From the NCBI RefSeq assembly GCF_000981785.2, contig NZ_CP011304.1, forward strand, positions 330,001 to 362,000: a stretch of DNA of 32,000 nt, in the 5' to 3' direction. Origin of the DNA: Microcystis aeruginosa NIES-2549 (GTDB lineage: Bacteria; Cyanobacteriota; Cyanobacteriia; Cyanobacteriales; Microcystaceae). The notes beneath the pieces are model-generated. The model made no database searches. It saw nothing but the letters and a program-made list of their open reading frames with translations, and was not told the origin of the DNA. Made by a program: the position numbers and the translations under genes. Positions within the stretch are counted from its first letter, which is position 1. Each line of letters begins with the position of its first letter. Of this stretch, positions 15,125 to 21,974 are shown one piece after another.

Positions 15125-17665
15125 ATGGCAATCAGTACAGAAGTATACGCTTCGTTAAATATTCTTTATGCTTCCCAAGCTCCGTCAGCCTCTGACATTA
15201 GCTTGTGGCAGACTGACCCTAGCTTGACATCCCTGACTTGGGAAGAAACGGTTCTTGTTTTCGCCAATTCGGCCGCAGCCCAACAAACCTATCCCCTCTT
15301 GGCTGCCCCCGGAGCCGCCACCGATGCCACCAGACGGCAGTACGTTCTAGAGGTTTTTAACAATGCCTACGGCCTAGAAGAAGCCGATTTAAATGTCGAC
15401 GAGATTAACTACTGGGTTGAATGGCTCAGTCTCACCAATCCCGATGGTACGCCCGCCGACAGCGATGGCAACGGCATCCCCAATATTTTAGATTTTCCCA
15501 TCGTCCTTAACCAGTACCAGCCCGCTGCCATCCAACAGGCCCTGCTCAACCGGGCAGAAGTAGCCCTCGATTTCGCTGCCCAGTTCCAACTGGAAGGTAT
15601 TTCTAACTTTACCGAGGAAGACTACAACACCTCTTGGAGCATCCTTGAAACCGTGACCGCAGAAGAGGCTAGTGTTACTGCGGCTAAGGCCGCTAACCTA
15701 GTGGCCGCCGCCGAAGCTGGTGGGGCTGGCAATAGCGAAGCCTTGACCGCTGGTCAGGACGATTTCACCGCTAACCTTTTCCTCGCCGCCCCCGTCAACA
15801 ACTTCGGGCAGGTCAACCAAACCCTGAACAGTGGTGATAAACTAACCGGTTCCGGCACTAACCCCACTTTAACCGTCCTCTGGACTGGTGGTGCTGAAAG
15901 CGTCCTACCCATCTTCACCGATGTGGAGACCCTTAACGTTACTAACACGGGTCCTGTCGGTAATCTTTTGACCATTCTGGGAGCCAGTGTCACTGGTCTC
16001 AAGAATGTCAATGTTGCTGATAGTGTTTCTAGTATTGTTGGCGGTTTTATTTTCAGTAGCGATTTCTCATTGACCAACACTCAAACCGCAGTGGAAACGG
16101 TTTCTCTGAGCCGCACTAATGCTGATACCATCATCACCATCGCCAATGCCGCTCTTGCCGGTGACGAAGATGCGGTGACACTCACCTTGAATCAAGCTGG
16201 TACCGTCGCTGATAATGCTCAACTAACTCTTAATCCAGTATCTGGCACCGATGGCTACGAGCAACTAGCGATCGCGACCGAAGGGTTGGCCAGCACCGTT
16301 GATCTGACTGCCGTCGGTATTGAGGAAGTAACCATCACTGGGGATCAAGACCTAACCCTCACCAATGCCCTGGCCAACACCGCTACCAAGCTAGATGCCT
16401 CCGAGTTTGAGGGTGATTTATCCGTGATATCTGGTACCGGAACCATTGACTTTACAGGTGGTCTCGGTGATGATACTTTCACGGTCAACGGCTTTACCAG
16501 TGCGGATATCGTCGATGGTGGTGAAGGGACTAACACCCTAGAAGTGACCGCCGCTAATGCCGAAGGGATTACGGCCGAGAATGACAATATTACCAACATC
16601 CAAACCTTAGCCTTAATCAGTCCTGGTACTGCTGGCGCTACCCTACGGGCTGACCTTATCGGTGATGAAATCACTACGGTGGAGCTAGGAGGGGGGACTT
16701 TTGGTGCTTATACTATTCGCTTCAACGCGGGCAATAACACCTTAACCACTTTAGGCAACACTGGTGCTTTAGACGTTCAAGCGGAAGGCACTGCCACTAC
16801 CGATGCCCTCACCCTGAATATCGATGGAGCAGAGGCAAACAATCTCACTTTGACCTCTTTGACGTTAAACAACGTCGATCGACCGAGCGAGCAACTTACC
16901 ATCAACTCCACCGATGCTCCCGCTGGCCACACAATTGGGGCTGTCACCCTGCCTGATACCAACGGCGTAAATAACGCGATTACCATCACTGGTAACTCCA
17001 CTTTGACTATTGGTGGTGCAGTGACGGCGGACGAAATCGACGCTTCTGGCATGACCGATGGTGCGGCACTGGTGATGAATGGCAATTCTGCCATTGCCAT
17101 CTCCATCACTGGTTCGGAAGGCGATGACCGATTAGTTGGTAGTATTTTGCGAGACAGTATTAGCGGTGGGGGTGGTAATAATAATATTACTGGTGGTCTC
17201 GGTACAGACCAACTCACCGGTGGCGGCGGTATCGACACATTTGTCCAGGGGACTGCTGACAGTGCGGCTCGATCTGCGATTAGTGGTGCGGCGGCAGATA
17301 CCTTTACTGCCAATGGAACTATTACCTTTGCACCAGTTGGTACCTCTGCTGTCCCCAACGTCGATATCATCCGAGGATTCGTGGGCGGTGCTAATGGTGA
17401 CATACTGGACTTGAATTTTGCCGCGGCAGCAGTTACGGGTATTGGCGTAGCGAATAACAATCTGGCGGCTAACACCAACTACTTCTTGTCTGGTAACTTT
17501 ACCCTTGGCACGGGCGTATTTACTATTACCTCCGATGGCGGTGGTGCCGACACCTTGATCATTCAAGGTAATGGTGGTGCTAACTTCTTTGGGGGCGCTA
17601 ACGCTTCCTCGATCGTGTTACTTGGCCTTAACAGTAACAACTTAGTGGCTGCTAACATCATCTAG
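15125..17665 (+). CDS. Secreted surface / S-layer-like protein with RTX (GGxGxD) calcium-binding repeats; probable type I secretion substrate
   Basis: 846 aa. I see no Cys and no N-terminal signal peptide, and the composition is T/A/G/N/L-rich. The N-terminal region has a DUF4214-like stretch (YVLEVFNNAYGLEEADLNVDEINYWVEWL). RTX-like runs are FTGGLGDDTFTV and GSEGDDRLVGS...SGGGGNNNITGGLGTDQLTGGGGIDTF (nt ~17111-17245). Confidence 0.8.
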   Translation: MAISTEVYASLNILYASQAPSASDISLWQTDPSLTSLTWEETVLVFANSAAAQQTYPLLAAPGAATDATRRQYVLEVFNNAYGLEEADLNVDEINYWVEWLSLTNPDGTPADSDGNGIPNILDFPIVLNQYQPAAIQQALLNRAEVALDFAAQFQLEGISNFTEEDYNTSWSILETVTAEEASVTAAKAANLVAAAEAGGAGNSEALTAGQDDFTANLFLAAPVNNFGQVNQTLNSGDKLTGSGTNPTLTVLWTGGAESVLPIFTDVETLNVTNTGPVGNLLTILGASVTGLKNVNVADSVSSIVGGFIFSSDFSLTNTQTAVETVSLSRTNADTIITIANAALAGDEDAVTLTLNQAGTVADNAQLTLNPVSGTDGYEQLAIATEGLASTVDLTAVGIEEVTITGDQDLTLTNALANTATKLDASEFEGDLSVISGTGTIDFTGGLGDDTFTVNGFTSADIVDGGEGTNTLEVTAANAEGITAENDNITNIQTLALISPGTAGATLRADLIGDEITTVELGGGTFGAYTIRFNAGNNTLTTLGNTGALDVQAEGTATTDALTLNIDGAEANNLTLTSLTLNNVDRPSEQLTINSTDAPAGHTIGAVTLPDTNGVNNAITITGNSTLTIGGAVTADEIDASGMTDGAALVMNGNSAIAISITGSEGDDRLVGSILRDSISGGGGNNNITGGLGTDQLTGGGGIDTFVQGTADSAARSAISGAAADTFTANGTITFAPVGTSAVPNVDIIRGFVGGANGDILDLNFAAAAVTGIGVANNNLAANTNYFLSGNFTLGTGVFTITSDGGGADTLIIQGNGGANFFGGANASSIVLLGLNSNNLVAANII

Positions 17666-17697
17666 GTCTGAAGTGATTGACTTTAGATCTTGAATAG

Positions 17698-17728
17698 AAC
17701 CCAATCCCTTTATCGGGATTGGGTTTTT
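17698..17728 (+). terminator. Rho-independent terminator of the surface-protein gene
   Basis: The 11-bp perfect stem AACCCAATCCC / GGGATTGGGTT has a 6-nt loop and runs into a T5 tract, 33 nt after the stop codon. Confidence 0.75.
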
Positions 17729-17901
17729 AGTTTTTTCTAGTTCCAGGGTTCTACCTTTGCGTCCTGTGGGTAACGCACAGAAAACGGGTTTCTCCGAGAA
17801 ACCCGTTTTCTACCTTTGCCCCTACTTTTTCAGCTTTTCTGGGGGAAGTAGTAGGGTTAATTCATGAATTAACCCTACCTTTGATAAGGGGGGTGATAGC
17901 T

Positions 17902-18165
17902 TCAATTTCCTCGCGACTTTTCTGGGGGAAATCGCTTTAAGAGTTGCTGCTTGGAATACTGTAGGAGTAAAGGGGTAAATTCTTCCGGGGACAATTGTAA
18001 AATCCGGCTGATAATAGCTTGCAGTGGTGGGTCTAACTCACCGAAGCGGACTCGGAGCAGGTTTTCCACCACCAGACGTTCCCCCTCTTGCAGACCCCGT
18101 TCTTCTCCTTCGGCCAGTGCCTCTTGATAGACTCTCGTTTGTTTTAAATCACTTAGTCCAAACAT
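17902..18165 (-). pseudogene. DUF4351 fragment (C-terminal domain of an Rpn-family recombination-promoting nuclease / putative transposase), copy 1
   Basis: 87 aa: MFGLSDLKQTRVYQEALAEGEERG...LLRVRFGELDPPL...LSPEEF. In frame upstream of the ATG the DNA still reads KSREEIEA, the linker typical of full-length family members. This indicates a truncated relic. Confidence 0.6.
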
Positions 18166-18252
18166 AGCTTCAATTTCCTCGCGACTTTTCTGGGGGAAGT
18201 AGTAGGGTTAATTCATGAATTAACCCTACCCTTGATAAGGGGGGTGATAGCT

Positions 18253-18552
18253 TCAATTTCCTTGCGACTTTTCTGGGGGAAATCGCTTTAAGAGTTCCTG
18301 CTTGGAACACTGTAGGAGTAAAGGAGTAAATTCTTCTGGGGACAATTGTAAAATCCGGCTGATAATAGCTTGCAGTGGTGGGTCTAACTCACCAAAGCGG
18401 ACTCGGAGCAGGTTTTCCACCACCAGACGTTCCCCCTCTTGCAGACCCCGTTCTAAACCCCGTTCTAGACCCCGTTCTAGACCCCGTTCTTCTCCTTCGG
18501 CCAGTGCCTCTTGATAGACTCTCGTTTGTTTTAAATCACTTAGTCCAAACAT
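18253..18552 (-). pseudogene. DUF4351 fragment, copy 2, with a 36-bp in-frame expansion (ERGL)x3
   Basis: 99 aa, near-identical to copy 1 apart from three extra 12-bp ACCCCGTTCTAR units (array 18445-18492). Confidence 0.6.
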
Positions 18553-18837
18553 AGCTTCAATTTCCTCGCGACTTTTCTGGGGGAAGTAGTAGGGTTAATT
18601 CATGAATTAACCCTACCGGCTCTTCTAGGTTCTGTGTGATAAGTTTAACTTACAATATGATCGATCTTTGTGTCCTCTGTGTCTGGAGTGGTTCCCTCCA
18701 CTCCCTCGCCAGCAGGACTGTATCTCAGAATACATTTTACCCACCAAATCCAAAAGAGCCAATCTAGGGGACATGGCTCTTTTCCTGTATAATCAAGTCT
18801 TAATTTTATGACTTGCCATTATATTTGAGGAAAATCT

Positions 18838-20349
18838 ATGAATTGGACAGAGGGATATGTATTGGAAGTTAACTACACTAGCGGCTTTTACGGCGAGTTA
18901 AGTCCCCTAAAATTAGGTTTAGCCACTCTGATTAAATCCATTCAACCCCCCGATTCTAGCCAAGAATTTACCTATTGTGAATTGGCCTGTGGTCAGGGTT
19001 TTACCACGAATATTTTAGCGGCAACCTATCCCCACGCCCAATTTTATGCCAATGATTTCAATCCTAGTCATATCGCCACGGCTAGAGATTTAGCGGCCAA
19101 GGCGGGGATGAAGAATATTCTTTTCTTTGATGATAGTTTTGAGGAATTTTTAGAGCGAGATTTACCTCAATTTGACTTCATCAGTCTGCACGGAATTTAT
19201 AGCTGGATTAGTGCCATAAATCGCCAAGCAATAGTTAATTTTATTCGCCGCAATCTCAAGGTGGGGGGATTAGTTTATATCTCCTATAATGCCCTTCCGG
19301 GTTGGTCAGCAGCGATGCCGATGCAGGCTTTAATGTTGCGTCATGGTCAACACAGTTCCGAACCAATTTTAACCCGCATTGAACAGGCTCTTAATTTTAC
19401 AGGAGAATTATTAGAAGCTAATGCTAGTTATTTTGCCCAAAATCCAATTTTAAAAAGTCGTTACGAGCGCCTAAAGGAACAAAATCGTTATTATTTAGCT
19501 CACGAGTATTTCAATCAGGAATGGAATTCTTTTTACTTCGATGAAGTGGCGAAAGAATTAGAGGATGCTAAACTTAAATATGTGGGTTCTGCCCATATTA
19601 ATGACCATATTGATACAGTCAATCTCTCCCCAGTTGCCCAAGAAAAATTAGCCAAAATCAGCGACCCAATCTATCGGGAAGTGGTGCGAGATTTCTTTCT
19701 TAATAGCCAATTCCGTCGTGATATTTTTAGTCGAGGCTCCTTAGGTTTAACCCTCCAAGAACAGGTTAAACAACTAGAAGAAACTCGGTTTGCCATGATT
19801 GTTAATCCCGCAATTATCAAGTTCGAGCATCAGTTTCCCGTGGGAGAAGTTAAGTTACAGGAGACAGTTTATCAGCCAATTTGTGAAGTTTTGGCGGAAT
19901 CTCCCCAAACTTTACTGCAACTAAAAAATCACCCCAAAACCTCAAATATTAACTTAAATGGTCTTTCCCAAGCTCTGATGATTTTAACTGGTATTGGCTA
20001 TATTCATCCTGCTGTGGATGAGCAAACTTGCCAACAACGGAAACCATCTACTGATGCTTTTAATAATGCAGTGAAAGCGAAAGCAGTCTATAGTGAGGAA
20101 TTAAGCTTTTTAGCTTCTCCTTTGATTGGGACTGGAGTAGTGGTCAATCGTTTAGAACAATTATTCCTCTTGGCTAAATCCTATAACCAAGATGCAGTAC
20201 AATTTGTTTGGCAAAATTTGGCAAGTCAAGGCAAAAAAGTGGTTAAAGATGGGAAACCTTTGGAAACAGAGGAGGAAAATATTACGGTTCTTCCGAACTT
20301 ACACTGTGGAAAATTCCCCAAGCTCCCTCTCTGTCCAGCAATGCTCTAA
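18838..20349 (+). CDS. Class I SAM-dependent methyltransferase with C-terminal methyltransferase regulatory domain (PF10119-like); C-terminus rewritten by a MITE insertion
   Basis: 503 aa with WTEGYVLEVNYTSGFYGELSP at the start, the SAM motif ELACGQGF, and HGIYSWIS. The last 22 codons are MITE-derived. Confidence 0.8.
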   Translation: MNWTEGYVLEVNYTSGFYGELSPLKLGLATLIKSIQPPDSSQEFTYCELACGQGFTTNILAATYPHAQFYANDFNPSHIATARDLAAKAGMKNILFFDDSFEEFLERDLPQFDFISLHGIYSWISAINRQAIVNFIRRNLKVGGLVYISYNALPGWSAAMPMQALMLRHGQHSSEPILTRIEQALNFTGELLEANASYFAQNPILKSRYERLKEQNRYYLAHEYFNQEWNSFYFDEVAKELEDAKLKYVGSAHINDHIDTVNLSPVAQEKLAKISDPIYREVVRDFFLNSQFRRDIFSRGSLGLTLQEQVKQLEETRFAMIVNPAIIKFEHQFPVGEVKLQETVYQPICEVLAESPQTLLQLKNHPKTSNINLNGLSQALMILTGIGYIHPAVDEQTCQQRKPSTDAFNNAVKAKAVYSEELSFLASPLIGTGVVVNRLEQLFLLAKSYNQDAVQFVWQNLASQGKKVVKDGKPLETEEENITVLPNLHCGKFPKLPLCPAML

Positions 20350-20448
20350 AGTTGATAAATATCAATCTAACAAAAACTCAAAGCCCTATTATACAAGCTT
20401 TACAAGTATGAGTTGTTGATAGTTTGACATGACAGGTTCGGTAGAGCC
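20286..20448. mobile_element. 163-bp MITE with imperfect 15-bp terminal inverted repeats and an 8-bp target-site duplication AATATTAC
   Basis: The left end is GGTTCTTCCGAACTT and the reverse complement of the right end is GGCTCTACCGAACCT (12/15 match). The TSD copies are at 20278-20285 and 20449-20456. Removing the element plus one TSD restores an in-frame ORF ending at TAA 20527-20529. Confidence 0.8.
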
Positions 20449-20560
20449 AATATTACTCATCTGAAAACAGTGTACGAGGAGTTTAGTCAAGGACGTTTAC
20501 TAACATTGCAAAAACTGGGTATTGAGTAAATACTAAGTAAGTAATCTCATTGTAATCGGC

Positions 20561-21160
20561 TACTTAGATAGGTGGTGCGTTACGACGGATTGTTACTTTC
20601 AAGTCAAAGCAGTAATTTTTGCCGTTACGTTTTACTACTTAGTGGTGCGTTACGACGGTTTGTTACTTTCAAGTCAAAGCAGTAATTTTTGCCGTTACGT
20701 TTTACTACTTAGTGGTGCGTTACGACGGTTTGTTACTTTCAAGTCAAAGCAGTAATTTTTGCCGTTACGTTTTACTACTTAGTGGTGCGTTACGACGGTT
20801 TGTTACTTTCAAGTCAAAGCAGTAATTTTTGCCGTTACGTTTTACTACTTAGTGGTGCGTTACGACGGTTTGTTACTTTCAAGTCAAAGCAGTAATTTTT
20901 GCCGTTACGTTTTACTACTTAGTGGTGCGTTACGACGGATTGTTACTTTCAAGTCAAAGCAGTAATTTTTGCCGTTACGTTTTACTACTTAGTGGTGCGT
21001 TACGACGGTTTGTTACTTTCAAGTCAAAGCAGTAATTTTTGCCGTCTAACTACGTTTTACTACTTAGTTGATGATAGGTGGTGCGTTACGACGGATTGTT
21101 ACTTTCAAGTCAAAGCAGTAATTTTTGCCGTCTAACGCACCCTACGTTTTGCTACTCTAA
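20561..21160 (+). repeat. 70-bp tandem array, 8 units (units 2-5 identical; unit 7 is 86 bp; unit 8 carries a complete 14-bp closing stem)
   Basis: The unit is GGTGCGTTACGACGG(T/A)TTGTTACTTTCAAGTCAAAGCAGTAATTTTTGCCGTTACGTTTTACTACTTAGT. Unit starts are 20574, 20644, 20714, 20784, 20854, 20924, 20994 and 21080. Confidence 0.95.
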
Positions 21161-21250
21161 GCTGAAAAGGTCATGGACAGAGTAACATCTACTAACTGCC
21201 TTGTCTTCACTAGCGGGGAATATTTGCCTCGACAATTGCCACTTTCTGGG

Positions 21251-21746
21251 GTATCGGGGGAAGTCCCCACAATCTGAGCTGCTTCCCCTATCTTGACTAA
21301 TCTCTGTGCCTTAACAAAACCTAGTTAAAAACCCCCACCCTAGCTAGGTTGGACGAGATTATTTAAGCCATAAACCACTTTAGCGGTGATAATCTTATCC
21401 TGATCGGTAAGTTCTTCTAACACCTCTTTTCCCTGGACTAAATAGCCAACAACCGAATAACGACCATCCATGAGATTAAACCCCGGAGGAGTTAATTCAT
21501 TGGGAATAGAGCGATATTGCTTAGTTTTCGGGTCAATAAACCCCTCTTCTGCACCGACGGGATCCCCAGTTTGCACAAAGAAATTATCTTCGCTGCGAAT
21601 GAAGGGTAAACCGTCATAAAAACCCCGTTGGACTAAATCCACAAAGTTACCCCCATTAATCGGAGCGCTGTAACCATCCACAACGATACCTATCTAAAAT
21701 ACTTGTAGGCTTTTAGGGGAACCCTTGTCAATAGGTGAGAAAACCG
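21251..21746. repeat. Right (degenerate) copy of the cyclophilin-locus direct repeat
   Basis: It is collinear with 6042-7335 but has two internal deletions, equivalent to 6293-6469 (177 bp) and 6656-7274 (619 bp). Confidence 0.9.
21340..21681 (-). pseudogene. Cyclophilin PPIase remnant lacking the N-terminal ~200 codons, the start codon and 59 internal core codons
   Basis: The 113-aa frame is identical or nearly so to the C-terminal part of the 6131-7249 product. The segment LEILIKG...GGSSQFFFFKFD is missing. The apparent start is an internal GTG (Val in the intact copy) with no Shine-Dalgarno. Confidence 0.85.
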
Positions 21747-21760
21747 ATCAAAGCCATTAT

Positions 21761-21832
21761 CAGTTATCAGTTATCAGTTATCAGTTATCAGTTATCAGAT
21801 GTGAGTTATCAGTTCACCCATTACTGTTTACT
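21761..21832. repeat. Left arm of a 72-bp inverted repeat: (CAGTTAT)x5 CAGATGTGAG... composite
   Basis: Its reverse complement is present at 27071-27142 with 3 mismatches. Confidence 0.85.
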
Positions 21833-21841
21833 GAAAAAAGG

Positions 21842-21921
21842 CTCCCCAATTCCCCAATTCCCCACTTCCCCAATTCCCCACCTCCCCACTTCCCCACCTC
21901 CCCAATTCCCCATCTCCCCAA
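21842..21921 (+). repeat. STRR-like octamer array (YTCCCCAN)x10, followed by (ATAATTT)x3 at 21925-21945
   Basis: I counted the array unit by unit. It lies 54 nt upstream of the RuBisCO-like protein start codon. Confidence 0.95.
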
Positions 21922-21974
21922 TTCATAATTTATAATTTATAATTCCCACTCCCTTTTTCACCTTTTGACTTCTT

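Larger units (their letters stand above)
17832..18620. repeat. Composite tandem duplication: [32-mer A][~51-bp palindromic element P][A][DUF4351 fragment] repeated
   Basis: The 32-mer AGCTTCAATTTCCT(C/T)GCGACTTTTCTGGGGGA occurs at 17898, 18166, 18249 and 18553. Palindromes GTAGGGTTAATTCATGAATTAACCCTAC occur at 17851-17878, 18202-18229 and 18589-18616. Confidence 0.9.

Noticed and set aside
15754-17566. Long antisense or alternative-frame ORFs inside the surface-protein gene (15754-16080, 16345-16674, 16777-17478, 17132-17566 on minus; 17136-17414 on plus).
   Set aside because: They lie entirely within a much longer, motif-supported CDS. Their products are low-complexity (P/S/V/A-rich), as expected from reading ACC/GGT/GCC-rich codons in other frames. 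None has an independent start context.
15125-17665. Enrichment of N-X-S/T sequons as evidence for N-glycosylation of the surface protein.
   Set aside because: I counted 13 sequons. With about 75 Asn and a Ser+Thr fraction near 0.2, roughly that number is expected by chance, so this gives no support.
17780-17810. The palindrome GAAAACGGGTTTCTC-C-GAGAAACCCGTTTTC, flanked by TTCTACCTTTGC direct repeats (17748 and 17808), as a small MITE with a target duplication.
   Set aside because: There is only one copy in the window, the putative duplication overlaps the palindrome arm, and no TIR-plus-TSD geometry can be fixed unambiguously. It may simply be another REP-like hairpin.
18302-18514. Plus-strand 70-aa ORF (…RPRSKPRSRPRSRPRSSPSASAS).
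   Set aside because: It is antisense to the DUF4351 fragment, and its repetitive RS/RP tail merely reflects the 12-bp tandem expansion.
18752-18783. The hairpin AAAAGAGCC-N14-GGCTCTTTT upstream of the methyltransferase gene, as a bidirectional terminator or the end of a small RNA.
   Set aside because: The GC core is short (5 bp), the loop is 14 nt, and the T-run is part of the stem. No upstream gene on either strand obviously ends there. I noted it but did not call it.
20561-21160. The 70-bp array as a CRISPR locus.
   Set aside because: Units abut one another with no unique spacers and are identical across the full 70 bp. No cas genes are in the window.
21725-21935. ORFs of 67 and 66 aa across the heptamer and octamer repeat tract (QLSVISYQLSVI..., PIPHFPNSPPPHFP...).
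   Set aside because: They are straightforward translations of the tandem repeats CAGTTAT and YTCCCCAN. The periodic low-complexity peptides carry no coding signal.
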